This document shows, piece after piece, positions 48,444-58,797 of a stretch of DNA of 64,000 bases (within the stretch, counting starts at the first letter, position 1; each line of letters begins with the position of its first letter). Source of the DNA: a virus (Duplodnaviria > Caudoviricetes); IMG/VR virus record IMGVR_UViG_2873737359_000001, positions 1-64,000 of that record; one strand, written 5' to 3'. The translations under genes were made by a program, and so were the position numbers. The notes beneath the pieces are model-generated. The model worked only from the letters and a program-made list of their open reading frames with translations, was not told where the DNA came from and ran no database searches.

Positions 48444-49187
48444 TTATTTTCCTTTCCTTGCTTTTAACTCCTGCAGTTTCTTATCAATGGCCTCATCTTT
48501 CATCTTCTTATCAAGGCGCTTCTGCTGTACATCTGCAGACGCATCAAATGCTGCTTTTGTACCATCCGCAGCCTCTTTTTGCTTTTTGATACCTTCGCGA
48601 ACAACTTCAAGCATTTTATCTTCTTCCTTGTCTGAAGCACCTGGAGTAACCTGTAAGGATTTTGTAACCTGTGCTGTTTCAAGAGTAAGAATTGCCTTAT
48701 CCTTTTCAGACTTAAGATCGTTTACCGCCTGAAGCGCACTGTCAAGCATTTCCTTTTGAGCGGTTGCATTAGATCTAAGCTCTTTAAGTGTATCTTTTAA
48801 AACAGCAATCTTATCTTCTGCATCCTGCTGCTTTTTCAAATATACTTTAGCCCCTTCATCGTCTCCTTTATCAATACAAGCATTGATATTTAAATTAAGC
48901 TGCATATTTTCTTTCTGTAATGCTCGAAGCTGCTCCTCATAAGAAGTGATCTTACCAAGCATCTGTGTATAGATCTGATTTGCCTTATTATACTGATCCT
49001 TTTTTGCATCAATCGCTTCATTATAATAGGCTTTTGCCCCTTCAGGGGTGGAGGCATCTTTAATGATAGCCTCCGTTGCTGTACCTGTTGCCCTTGTTTT
49101 TACTCGTTTCCCTGTTTTACTTCTGAAAAAGAAAAACGCTGCAATGATAATAGCAATTAATAATACTGCTCCAAATGTAATTTTCAT
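48444..49187 (-). CDS. PspA/IM30-like coiled-coil protein with N-terminal TM
   Basis: TPEG, helical hairpin, G.DE.AK..L, C-terminal ...LQELKA. Confidence 0.65.
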   Translation of the reverse strand: MKITFGAVLLIAIIIAAFFFFRSKTGKRVKTRATGTATEAIIKDASTPEGAKAYYNEAIDAKKDQYNKANQIYTQMLGKITSYEEQLRALQKENMQLNLNINACIDKGDDEGAKVYLKKQQDAEDKIAVLKDTLKELRSNATAQKEMLDSALQAVNDLKSEKDKAILTLETAQVTKSLQVTPGASDKEEDKMLEVVREGIKKQKEAADGTKAAFDASADVQQKRLDKKMKDEAIDKKLQELKARKGK

Positions 49188-49189
49188 GA

Positions 49190-49828
49190 TTAATCCCTTC
49201 CCTCATCAATGTCAAGACCGAAATTCTTAAACAATTCTGTCATTCCTCCGGTATATCCTGATCCAAGCGCCTGGAATTTAAATCCATCTCCGTATTTATA
49301 AAGTCTTCCCATCTCTACAGCATTCAGATTTTCAAAATTCTCATTCTCAGACAGATCATATTCGTACTTATCTCCGTCTGGATTATCATAATCACAGATC
49401 ATCATAGTTGCATTACTTACCATACCAAAATTCTGAAGGCGCTGCACCGCTCTGAAAATAGTAAGACAAATGGTAAAGTCTGTTTTATTCTCCGGGAACT
49501 GATCTGCATGGACAATAAAGTACTCATCATAATGCTTTCCATTAAACATCATGCCCTGAGAATCATTTCCGGTAAGATTATCTCCGGAATAATCAACCCA
49601 CGGATAAGCAGATCCATCTCCATATGTATTGTAATTTACCAAATCTCCAGGATAAGTGACTTTTCTATCTGTATTAGTTAAGAATCCGTTAATATCAAAA
49701 TCAATGTCTGCTTCTCCGGAATAACGATTCTGGTCCCAATTTACACCAATAAAGAAATTTTTTACTGCTGATCCATCTTCTTTTGTCATACTGATTTTCT
49801 GATTTTTGCTCATATTAATTGTTGCCAT
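49190..49828 (-). CDS. TerD-family protein
   Basis: IN.SK.QKIS, G.NWD, D.D, GDNLTG, QNFG.V.NA, KF.A.G.GY.GG. Confidence 0.9.
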   Translation of the reverse strand: MATINMSKNQKISMTKEDGSAVKNFFIGVNWDQNRYSGEADIDFDINGFLTNTDRKVTYPGDLVNYNTYGDGSAYPWVDYSGDNLTGNDSQGMMFNGKHYDEYFIVHADQFPENKTDFTICLTIFRAVQRLQNFGMVSNATMMICDYDNPDGDKYEYDLSENENFENLNAVEMGRLYKYGDGFKFQALGSGYTGGMTELFKNFGLDIDEGRD

Positions 49829-49887
49829 ATTCTTAATCTCCTTTAATTTGCGTTATTTATATAAAATTTATTATTTACAGTATAGAA

Positions 49888-50694
49888 TTATTTTTTATTG
49901 AGCCAATCTTTGTACTGGCGAAGAATCTCTGTATACAGCTGCTCGTCATTCATTTTGTTCATGTCTTTTACAGCAGTAAAACCAGTATTATCATGTTTTC
50001 TGCCTTCCATATGATCTAAAGCTCGAAGATAATTAAAACTTTCATCTCCAATTCCAATAAACTGTACAAACATATTGTAATTAGAAAGTTCTTTTACGAT
50101 TTTATTTGTCTCATTCGTATCCCAATTTTCTCCATCTGTGATAAAAATAATAAATGCTGGAACTTCACTTGGCTCAATATCTTTGTAATAAGAAACCATT
50201 TCCTTTAATACAGGAGCATAATTGGTTCCGCCCATACTCATATTTGCTTTATTCATTACTTTTCTTACATATGTTGAATAATTGTCTTTTGTAACAGCTG
50301 CAAGTCTCTCACTTCCGTTAGAAAATAACCAACTCTCAAGTTCACCATTATCATCAAATCGAAGAGCAATTGGTAACAGCCGAGAAACTGTTTCCTGAAC
50401 AGATCCATTACGGAAAAGATTGCTCATGCTTCCGGAATAATCCATAGCCAATGCTACTCTCGCTACATGTTTTGTCATGTCAATTTTGTTATCTTTTGAC
50501 ATATTGATCAGGACAGTTTTTAAATTTTCTTCATGTTTCGACATATCGATTGGCATTACCGGAGAATTTGGTTCCTCATCATTCTGATTTTGCATCTGAT
50601 CCTGCAAATCTTTTTCTGTTGTAATCTGCTGTGTTACCATGCTTCCTGTTGAACCATTTTCTTTCTTCCCAAATAACTTTCCTAAAAATCCCAT
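49888..50694 (-). CDS. vWA protein (TerF C-terminal-like)
   Basis: DYSGSM, FDDNG, GGTNYAP, FITDG, QFIGIG, DN.GF. Confidence 0.88.
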   Translation of the reverse strand: MGFLGKLFGKKENGSTGSMVTQQITTEKDLQDQMQNQNDEEPNSPVMPIDMSKHEENLKTVLINMSKDNKIDMTKHVARVALAMDYSGSMSNLFRNGSVQETVSRLLPIALRFDDNGELESWLFSNGSERLAAVTKDNYSTYVRKVMNKANMSMGGTNYAPVLKEMVSYYKDIEPSEVPAFIIFITDGENWDTNETNKIVKELSNYNMFVQFIGIGDESFNYLRALDHMEGRKHDNTGFTAVKDMNKMNDEQLYTEILRQYKDWLNKK

Positions 50695-50706
50695 TTTTTA
50701 TTCTCC

Positions 50707-53364
50707 TTATTTCTTATTTTTTATAGAATATATTAACCTAACTAACAATTCTCCACCAATCATACAAGATGGAAAAGCAAATACAAAAATCCATTGCTTT
50801 AAATTAAGCGCAGTAGTCTGTACAAAATTACCTGCTATATTGCATAATAAAAGTGTTGCAACAATAATGCCAATTGCAATATAAACAAATGATTTATTTT
50901 CACGAATTCCTTTAAATAAATTAATGCTATCTGTACGAATCGAAAATCCATTAAATACTGCAGCAATACATAATGCAGCAAATCGTGCTGTCATAGATTC
51001 TATTTCAGTTGGATATAGATTTTTAAAGAATATAATAATTCCAAATATTAATAAAAAGTCTACGGTTGTGTCAAGTATTCTTGCCATTGCACCATTGATA
51101 AATAATCCAGATCCTTTTCTTAATGGTTTCTCTTTCATGTACTCTTCTTTCGGTGGTTCTCCACCAAAGCTTAGAGAATTCAGAGAGTCCATGATGATAT
51201 TGATAATGAGGATCTGTACTGCCGCCAGGAACGGGCTTCCTCCAGAGATAACCGGATATAACATACTCATAATAAGTAATGATATATTAATTGGAAGCTG
51301 AAACTCGAGAAACATCATAATATTATGCATAAATGTTCTACCAAGCTCTATGCCTTTTACGACACTTGCAAAGTTATTATCTGTAAGAATAATATCTCCT
51401 GCTTCCTTTGCTACATCTGACCCTGCCTGCATTGCGAAACCAACATCTGCCTTTTTAAGTGCTGGAGAATCATTTACACCATCACCTGTCATAGCGACAG
51501 ACATCCCAGCGTTCCCTTCAGACATTCCGACTCCAACAGACATTCCTGTATTCTGTGCAATATTTACAAGACGAAGCTTTGTGTTTGGTGAACATCTTGA
51601 GATTACTGTAAGCTTTGGAAGAATTTCTCTTACCTTTTCATCTGTCATAGCTTCAAATTCATCATTGGTAACAGCTAAGTCTCCTGCTCTGTAAATACCT
51701 GCTTCCGTTGCTACAGCTTTTGCTGTTTCAAGGCAATCACCAGTGATCTCAATAACCTGGATGCCTGCGTTATGTGCTACTCTGACCGCCTCTGGCACTT
51801 CCGGTCTGATCGGATCAACAACGCCAATCACACAGAGAAAACTCATATTGTCAGGAAGATCATTTTCTTTAAAGCTATCAGACATAGTTAATACAATGCA
51901 ACGCATTGCTTTTTCTGTCATTCCTTTAATATATGATCTGAGTGCGTCCTTTTTAGTTTCTCCGAACTCGTCTACGTAACCATCAGGATGAACAAAATGA
52001 GTACATCCATCAATTAACTTCTCTGGCGCACCTTTATAAAATGTTACAGTATTTTCACCATTGTCTACCATAATGGCCGAATATTTATTTTCACTACTGA
52101 ATGGCTGTTTTGCCTTGACTGTAAATCTATTCTTAACACCGGAAGCATCCGTTGAAGAATACATACCAAGTACGGCGCGATCAATAGAGTTACCGCCAGT
52201 AATATTTCCATTAGAATCAAATTCTGCACTGTTATTTAGGCAAATATTATTCATAATCAAATCATTAAGCACAGATTTTGAATTCATAATATTCTCACAC
52301 AATCCGTTTACCATTGTCTTCGGAGTCATTACTCCAGTGGTGAGGGTTCCTGTTTTATCAGTACAAATAAGATTTACGTATGCAAGCTCTGGAATCTTTC
52401 CTGGATTTTTGGCCAGGATATTAAATTTTTCCATAGTACTTACATTTTGCTTTGTAACAAGTTTAATAATAAGTGGCAATCCTTCCGGAACCGCAGCTAC
52501 AATAATCGTTAGTGCATTTGCAAAGTTCTGTGCGATTTTCTGTACGATTTCAAGAATATCTCCTGAAAAATATGAGCCAAAACCACCAACATTCATAATT
52601 CCGGATACAGTCATGACAATAAAAGCAAGAACTGCTGCGATTGTTCCCCACTTGGAAATAAAATTGCACAGATTATCAATCGCAATATCAAGAGCTGTTT
52701 TGGGAGCTTCAAGAGTTTGCATTTTAACAAGCGTATCGCCATTAACTGTGTTTATACCGACAGCCGTTACAAGCATTTTGCCTTCCCCGGCAACTACTGT
52801 AGTACCTGCAAAAAGGTAGTTTTGATTAGTATATGTATCTGTAGATGTTGATTTGGTATAAACGAATCCATCTATCGGAGTTTTAACGCATTCTTTTGTT
52901 TCACCATTGATGGCCGCATTATTTACAGAGATTTTTCCTTCAACAATATATCCATCTGCAAAGATTTCCTGGCCAGTTCTAATAATGACGAGATCTCCAA
53001 CTACAATATCATCTTTATTAATTGTTTGTAGCTTCCCATCTCTAATTACATCGCAATATCGCACGGATGTTTTAGCTCTTAGCTCTGCAGCTGATTTCTG
53101 AACACCAAGTCCAGTCTTAATTGCCAAACCAGTAACAATGGCAAGAACTAAGAGGATCATAATTGGTTCGGATAACTCCGCTACACCTAATATTCCAAGC
53201 ACAAGTTCAAATACAGCGATAATAATTAAAATCAATGTAATTGGTTCTGTCAGTGCTTCTTTTGCAAAATGATACCATTTCTTTTGTTTCGGTTCAGGAA
53301 GCTTGTTACTCCCATGTAATCTTCGGCTCTCTTCAACCTGTTCATTTGATAAACCGTTCTTCAT
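50707..53364 (-). CDS. P2-type (Ca2+-like) ATPase
   Basis: PEGL, DKTGTLT, KGAPE, TGD, TGDGVNDSPAL, ~10 TMs. Confidence 0.95.
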   Translation of the reverse strand: MKNGLSNEQVEESRRLHGSNKLPEPKQKKWYHFAKEALTEPITLILIIIAVFELVLGILGVAELSEPIMILLVLAIVTGLAIKTGLGVQKSAAELRAKTSVRYCDVIRDGKLQTINKDDIVVGDLVIIRTGQEIFADGYIVEGKISVNNAAINGETKECVKTPIDGFVYTKSTSTDTYTNQNYLFAGTTVVAGEGKMLVTAVGINTVNGDTLVKMQTLEAPKTALDIAIDNLCNFISKWGTIAAVLAFIVMTVSGIMNVGGFGSYFSGDILEIVQKIAQNFANALTIIVAAVPEGLPLIIKLVTKQNVSTMEKFNILAKNPGKIPELAYVNLICTDKTGTLTTGVMTPKTMVNGLCENIMNSKSVLNDLIMNNICLNNSAEFDSNGNITGGNSIDRAVLGMYSSTDASGVKNRFTVKAKQPFSSENKYSAIMVDNGENTVTFYKGAPEKLIDGCTHFVHPDGYVDEFGETKKDALRSYIKGMTEKAMRCIVLTMSDSFKENDLPDNMSFLCVIGVVDPIRPEVPEAVRVAHNAGIQVIEITGDCLETAKAVATEAGIYRAGDLAVTNDEFEAMTDEKVREILPKLTVISRCSPNTKLRLVNIAQNTGMSVGVGMSEGNAGMSVAMTGDGVNDSPALKKADVGFAMQAGSDVAKEAGDIILTDNNFASVVKGIELGRTFMHNIMMFLEFQLPINISLLIMSMLYPVISGGSPFLAAVQILIINIIMDSLNSLSFGGEPPKEEYMKEKPLRKGSGLFINGAMARILDTTVDFLLIFGIIIFFKNLYPTEIESMTARFAALCIAAVFNGFSIRTDSINLFKGIRENKSFVYIAIGIIVATLLLCNIAGNFVQTTALNLKQWIFVFAFPSCMIGGELLVRLIYSIKNKK

Positions 53365-53556
53365 TTAAAATTTCCTTTCTATTTCTTCTAATATTCTGCA
53401 AAGCTTTCCCAGCTTTCCAGTAAATTTATATATTATCATCACTACTGCGTACATAAAGGTTATAAAAAATACTATGAAAACTAATATTCCCATTAATACC
53501 AATACAAAGTACGCAGTAAGTAATGTAATATTTAACAATTCTGTGATCAACATCAT
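53365..53556 (-). CDS. Small membrane protein
   Basis: Long hydrophobic stretch. Confidence 0.6.
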   Translation of the reverse strand: MMLITELLNITLLTAYFVLVLMGILVFIVFFITFMYAVVMIIYKFTGKLGKLCRILEEIERKF

Positions 53557-53933
53557 GCCTTAAGCATTGCCTGTAGTTCCTCAATAGACTTTCCGGCAAG
53601 CTCTTCATTCTGTTTGCGCTCAATCAGTTCAAGCAGTTTCTGATTGTATTCTTTTTTGTCTTTTGCCTGAAGACGCTCTTCAATCTCTTCCTGCTTAAAT
53701 TTAACAATATATTTTACAATCTGAATCTTATTATCAAGTTCCTGATCTTCTGCTGTTTTTACCTGAAGAAGACTCTCTTCGTCATTCTGTTTTTTCTGTT
53801 TATTAAGAGATTTGAATACAGAATCAAGATCCTGCAATTTCAGATCCCAAAGATCCTCGACAGAAATCATTCCTTTAAATGGGAAACGATATTTTCCCTT
53901 TGTAGCTGCTTCAAAAATGTTTGTGATTGTCAT
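53553..53933 (-). CDS. Conserved-type large-phage protein
   Basis: FE.A...YRF..KG..SVEDLWDL pattern. Confidence 0.75.
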   Translation of the reverse strand: MTITNIFEAATKGKYRFPFKGMISVEDLWDLKLQDLDSVFKSLNKQKKQNDEESLLQVKTAEDQELDNKIQIVKYIVKFKQEEIEERLQAKDKKEYNQKLLELIERKQNEELAGKSIEELQAMLKA

Positions 53934-53988
53934 AATCTTATCTCCTTTTTATAATATTGATATAAAATTTATTAATAACAGTGTCAAA

Positions 53989-56055
53989 TTAGAATTTAAT
54001 CTTTAATACTCTTTCTGTATTTCCTTTGACTTTTACAATTAAATCATTTCTCTTTGTAAAACTAAATCCCACACCAGAAAGTTGATCATCTACATCTTTT
54101 ACATGCGCTTTTGCTCCAAGTGCTTCAAATACTCTTTTGTGTTTCTCAAGGTCTGATTTAAGAAATTCATTATAAAATCCATTAGGCTCTTCTGGATTTA
54201 TACAATCTTTTAACATAAAGAATAAATGCTGATGTCCAATTCCCTTCTGTTCATCCCAATAATTTGGAGAATAGCATACAACTGATACAGGTACAAACTG
54301 AAGAGTTTTAATTCCCCATACATCTTTGCTAACAGTAGCGCAATTTCCGTTGAGTTTATCTACAACTTTAAAGTTTCCATCATTATCAAGAATAACTTCA
54401 GCAACATCTACATCTCTACGTACTGGATGATTATATTCATAAGAATGAATTTCTCCATTTACTTCGATCTCGGCTTTAAATCCCTGAGAATTTCTATACG
54501 AATACTGGTTAACATAAAATCTATATGTTCCAGGAATCATATTTGCTTTTGATGGAAAAGTAATATTTTCAACTGCAACACCTTTGCTTGCTTTGCACTG
54601 CTCAATCGGATGTGTAATATCAATGTCAAGATTTCCATTTGTACGTCTTGATACCTTATGACCAAAGTAAATGTGATCCCCGTCTCCCGGCTCTACGCAG
54701 TGAGCATCAAGATCTGAATTATCTTTTCCGTCTCCGTCATTCCACTGAATGGAAAATCTTACAATACCTGTTACAGATCCACCGGCTGCTTTTACATTTT
54801 CCTTGATATCGGAATCAGTAATATTTCCGGTATAAGCCCAAGAAAAACCATTATTCCATTTAAACATTGTCTTTGCTTCTTTGTTTTCTGGGGCAATCAA
54901 AGATACCATATTCTGTACATGTTTGTTCTCAAGATATACTTCGAGTTCCTTTGCAATTGGAAGCACATTCTTAATAAAGTCTTCTACAGAAATCTCTTCT
55001 ACTCTCGTAAATTTCTTTGGATCAATAGCTACTTCACTTTCCATCTCATCAAAAAGATCCATAGCTCCGGAAATTCTCTTTGCTGAATCTTTGTTAGAGA
55101 ACAGGATGTTATTTACAGTAATATCATCCAGCGTTGCAAATCTTCTCTGCAGTGCATCCATATATCCAAGTTCTGTAATAGTTTTCTTTGCATCTTCTAG
55201 CATCTTTTTAGTGAAAATTGCTTTCGGACGTTTGTAATTTGCAGGAGCTACGATTTGTTCATATTTCTTTACTGCTGTATCAAGTTCCATTCCTTCAGAA
55301 ATATTTACAAGTAATGTTCCAATACTGTGGTTACGAATCTTGCCAATAACAGCCCCAGCTTCAATAGATTTCTCCCAGGCATACAGATCTTTTTCTTTGC
55401 CTTCATACATTTTGCTGTACTCTTTCTGATATCTTTTAAATTCAGTAAGAGGTTTCTTCCACTCCGCTCCCTTGTATAATGAATTCTGCGCGATCAGCTC
55501 AAGAACTGTTTCTGTCGCTTCAATAGAAATCTCATCTAATGATCTTTTAAATACATGTTTGATTGCATTGTAATTTCCTTTTACAGTATCTTTAGTTTCA
55601 TATCCTGTATAGATGAATTTCTTTGGGATATTCATAAAGAAATGATCGTATGTATTAACCTCTCCGGTTGGAAGCATTTCTCTGCTTTTCTTTGTTCCGA
55701 TCACAGCTTCGTCTCTTACATACACTCCGTTAACATAACACTTCTTAATATATAGATCCATTACTTTTGCTACTACTGAATATATTCCGTCGTTGATATT
55801 AAGGTTCCAGATAGTATCTACTTTCCCATCTTTAATAGTTACTACATTGCCAAGATCCCTAATAAAATGCCTGCAGCAGCTACAATCATATTTTCTTCTC
55901 TTTCTGTAAATTTCATTTGTTCCATCAGGAAATGAATCAAGATACAAATTATAAAACATTTCTGGATCCACATTAACAGTAAATAATACTTTTGCATCCT
56001 TTGTCATCTCTGTAAAATGTTTCTGCATCTCTTTTACAAACTCTGTAAATTTCAT
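53989..56055 (-). CDS. Conserved-type large-phage protein of unknown function
   Basis: CSCCR.F, VAP.NYKRP, SDLDAH...LD.D...AVENI. Confidence 0.8.
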   Translation of the reverse strand: MKFTEFVKEMQKHFTEMTKDAKVLFTVNVDPEMFYNLYLDSFPDGTNEIYRKRRKYDCSCCRHFIRDLGNVVTIKDGKVDTIWNLNINDGIYSVVAKVMDLYIKKCYVNGVYVRDEAVIGTKKSREMLPTGEVNTYDHFFMNIPKKFIYTGYETKDTVKGNYNAIKHVFKRSLDEISIEATETVLELIAQNSLYKGAEWKKPLTEFKRYQKEYSKMYEGKEKDLYAWEKSIEAGAVIGKIRNHSIGTLLVNISEGMELDTAVKKYEQIVAPANYKRPKAIFTKKMLEDAKKTITELGYMDALQRRFATLDDITVNNILFSNKDSAKRISGAMDLFDEMESEVAIDPKKFTRVEEISVEDFIKNVLPIAKELEVYLENKHVQNMVSLIAPENKEAKTMFKWNNGFSWAYTGNITDSDIKENVKAAGGSVTGIVRFSIQWNDGDGKDNSDLDAHCVEPGDGDHIYFGHKVSRRTNGNLDIDITHPIEQCKASKGVAVENITFPSKANMIPGTYRFYVNQYSYRNSQGFKAEIEVNGEIHSYEYNHPVRRDVDVAEVILDNDGNFKVVDKLNGNCATVSKDVWGIKTLQFVPVSVVCYSPNYWDEQKGIGHQHLFFMLKDCINPEEPNGFYNEFLKSDLEKHKRVFEALGAKAHVKDVDDQLSGVGFSFTKRNDLIVKVKGNTERVLKIKF

Positions 56056-56124
56056 GTTTTTCTCCCTTTCTTTTAAATACATCATTTTAAGTAAAATTTA
56101 TATTTTACAGTATTGAATGATATT

Positions 56125-56175
56125 AATATATCACTTTTGACTCTCTGTGTCAATATCAAATTTATTAATAACATT
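56125..56175 (-). promoter_or_regulatory. sigmaA promoter with operators
   Basis: Operator 56158-56175, 4 bp, TTGACA-17-TATATT with extended TG; second operator 56094-56111. Confidence 0.75.
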
Positions 56176-56189
56176 CTCAAAAGTAAACT

Positions 56190-57053
56190 TTATAACTGAC
56201 AGTATTCATCTTCACTAATAATAGGAATATTTAATTCCGCTGCTTTCTTATTTTTACTAGATCCACTTTCCTTATCATTAGTAATCAAGTAATCTGTTGC
56301 TTTTGTAACTCCAGACACAACTTTCCCTCCTTTCGATTCTATGTCTGCTACAAGTGCATCACGGTTTGCGAATTTCTTCAGCTTGCCAGTGATACAGAAT
56401 TTCTTTCCTTCTAACGATGTGTTTGCAGCTATACTTTCAACTGTATTATCTTGAAATGTAAATTGCGATGCTAAAGCGCATACATAATCATAATTCTCTT
56501 TAAAATAATTATGAATTGAGTTATTTCTTTCTACACCCAGTCCTTCAATATGTGTGAAATCATAATTTTCTGCTGCATCAACTATAAATGTATTAATAGG
56601 TTCTAATAAGTTTGTTTCTTTTGTCCTTATTCTTTCATGTTTGGCAATATCTTTGGCCGCTCTGCTTCCAATAAGAGGAATGTTCAGTCCCACAATAAAC
56701 TTTTCAAGAGTTGTGTTCCTGCTGTCATCAATTGCCTTGAGTAAGTTACTGATCTTTTTCGCTCCCATTTTAGGTAAATATGCAAGCTGCTCTTTCTTTT
56801 CTTTTAAATGGTACAGATCAATAGGAGATTCTACTAATCCTCTCTGTATCATAAGACTTAATGTTGCCTCAGATAACCCATTGATATCGTGTGCTTTTTT
56901 CCCTACGAAAGCACAAAGTTCACCCAAAAGCTTTCCTTTACACTGAGCATTCATGCACATAAGAACTTCAGAGTCTTTTTCTTTTACTACAGATACCGGC
57001 TTACCACAAATCGGGCATACTTCAGGGATTTGAATAAATCTTATATTGTTCAT
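56190..57053 (-). CDS. ligA: Phage NAD-dependent ligase, C-terminal part (Zn finger, HhH, BRCT)
   Basis: CPICG..C....C, INGLSE, CITG, VSGVTK.TDYLI; own GGAGG and TAATG coupling. Confidence 0.9.
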   Translation of the reverse strand: MNNIRFIQIPEVCPICGKPVSVVKEKDSEVLMCMNAQCKGKLLGELCAFVGKKAHDINGLSEATLSLMIQRGLVESPIDLYHLKEKKEQLAYLPKMGAKKISNLLKAIDDSRNTTLEKFIVGLNIPLIGSRAAKDIAKHERIRTKETNLLEPINTFIVDAAENYDFTHIEGLGVERNNSIHNYFKENYDYVCALASQFTFQDNTVESIAANTSLEGKKFCITGKLKKFANRDALVADIESKGGKVVSGVTKATDYLITNDKESGSSKNKKAAELNIPIISEDEYCQL

Positions 57054-57613
57054 TATACATACCTCCAATGATATTTTAGATTTTTAGTTTTTAATCCGTT
57101 ACACATTCTTGCAATGGTGTGTTCGCAATCACCTGTATCCATAGACGCTGAACGAATAGATCTGTATGTCTTACCTGTTTCTTCGCATAAAACGCGCTTC
57201 CACGATTGATTATTTGTTGTAGATTTTTTAGCACGTTCTATTCTTGTTCCATATTCTACATTATATTTAGGGGTACACCATTCTAAATTATCAGAACTAT
57301 TATTCATTTTATTTTCATCTATATGATTTACCTGTGTTTTATGTATAGAATCGTCATTAGTTACAAATGCTGTGGCTACCAAACGATGTATTAATTTGTT
57401 TTCAGTTTTTCCATTCTTGCATAAAATAACAAACGGATAATGCTGATTATCTTTAGGTAAATAAATTTTTAATAATCTTTCGCCAGTATTTCTATAACCA
57501 TTTTTATTTTTTACAATTCTATTCAAACTTTTAACATTACCTAAATTACTTATTTGATAATACCCCTCATATCCTATTATATCTTTCCATATTTCTATTT
57601 TTATATTATCCAT
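57053..57613 (-). CDS. NUMOD4-HNH homing endonuclease
   Basis: EIWKDI.GYEG.YQISNLG.V, HRLVA..F, VNH.DE.K.NN...NLEW. Confidence 0.93.
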   Translation of the reverse strand: MDNIKIEIWKDIIGYEGYYQISNLGNVKSLNRIVKNKNGYRNTGERLLKIYLPKDNQHYPFVILCKNGKTENKLIHRLVATAFVTNDDSIHKTQVNHIDENKMNNSSDNLEWCTPKYNVEYGTRIERAKKSTTNNQSWKRVLCEETGKTYRSIRSASMDTGDCEHTIARMCNGLKTKNLKYHWRYV

Positions 57614-58758
57614 TTATCATCCACCATTTCTGCTTTTGTAATATATGGAATTACTTGGTTTGCTTTAATTATCCATAATTTTTGTCCAACATAAGGATAC
57701 CCCAATTTTTCTTTTAATATAGAAAGATTAAATAAACTAGCTTTTGTTATAACACTTCCTTCTATTTCGATAGGTTTAAATACGGCTATCGGAGAAATAA
57801 TTCCGGTTTTACCAACTTGCCATTCAATATTAATAAGTGTCGTAATATATTCTTCATTATAAAACTTGTATGCAAGAGAATGTCTTGGAAATTTATCCGT
57901 CACACCAAGCGACAAACCATAAAGAATATCATCATAAGTTACTACCATTCCATCAATAGGATAACTATACTCTTCTGCAGCCATCCTCAGACATTCAATA
58001 GTATCTTCCATTGAATTATGAGTATCTACAGCGTGAATATACGGTACAATATCAAAGCCTAATTCCTTTGCTTTTTCTAATCGTTCATTAAAACTGTTAA
58101 TCTGTTCCATCCCGGCTGGAACTTTCCATACAACAAATTTTACATGGCGTTGTTTTGCGATTTTACTGTCAAGCTGTCTTACGGATCCCGAAGCAAGATT
58201 ACGTGGATTTTTATATTTGGCATCCGGATCTTTAATCTTTGCATTGATTTTTTCAAAGTCATCATATGTAATAATTGCTTCTCCTTCAATTTCTACATGT
58301 CCAGGAAGATTGATATGGAGAGGGATATTATCAAATACCTTTGCATTATGTGTAATTAATTCTCCTACCGATCCATTTCCACGTGTCTCAGCGCGAATTA
58401 ATTCTCCGTTTTCATATGTAATAAGACAAGTTAAGCCGTCCATCTTACACATTAATACAAATTCCTTATCTCCAATGAATTTCTTTAACACATTTACATC
58501 TTTCGTTTTATCTAGCGACATCATAAGATGACTATGTGCTGTCTTCACTAATTCACTTTTGACCTCACATCCTACATGCTGCGTAGGAGAATTGCTTAAT
58601 ATAATTCCAGTTTCCTTTTCCATATTTAAAAGTTGATCATATTTCTGATCGAATTCAAAATCAGATATCAAACTTTTTGATTGATTATAATATGCATCGC
58701 AATACTTATTTAACTCTGCTACGAGTTCTTTCATCTCATTTACTTTATTCATCTTCAT
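57601..58758 (-). CDS. ligA: Phage NAD-dependent ligase, N-terminal part (adenylation + OB)
   Basis: YY....ISD.EFD, M.SLDK, KMDG, TRG.G, NPRN, DG.V, KAN..IP. Confidence 0.92.
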   Translation of the reverse strand: MKMNKVNEMKELVAELNKYCDAYYNQSKSLISDFEFDQKYDQLLNMEKETGIILSNSPTQHVGCEVKSELVKTAHSHLMMSLDKTKDVNVLKKFIGDKEFVLMCKMDGLTCLITYENGELIRAETRGNGSVGELITHNAKVFDNIPLHINLPGHVEIEGEAIITYDDFEKINAKIKDPDAKYKNPRNLASGSVRQLDSKIAKQRHVKFVVWKVPAGMEQINSFNERLEKAKELGFDIVPYIHAVDTHNSMEDTIECLRMAAEEYSYPIDGMVVTYDDILYGLSLGVTDKFPRHSLAYKFYNEEYITTLINIEWQVGKTGIISPIAVFKPIEIEGSVITKASLFNLSILKEKLGYPYVGQKLWIIKANQVIPYITKAEMVDDKWII

Positions 58759-58797
58759 TATATATAATCACTCCAAATTTATTAATAATAGTCTCAA

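Noticed and set aside
57053-57613. Group I intron in phage ligA
   Set aside because: The HNH ORF overlaps both ligase parts, so no non-coding sequence remains for a ribozyme core.
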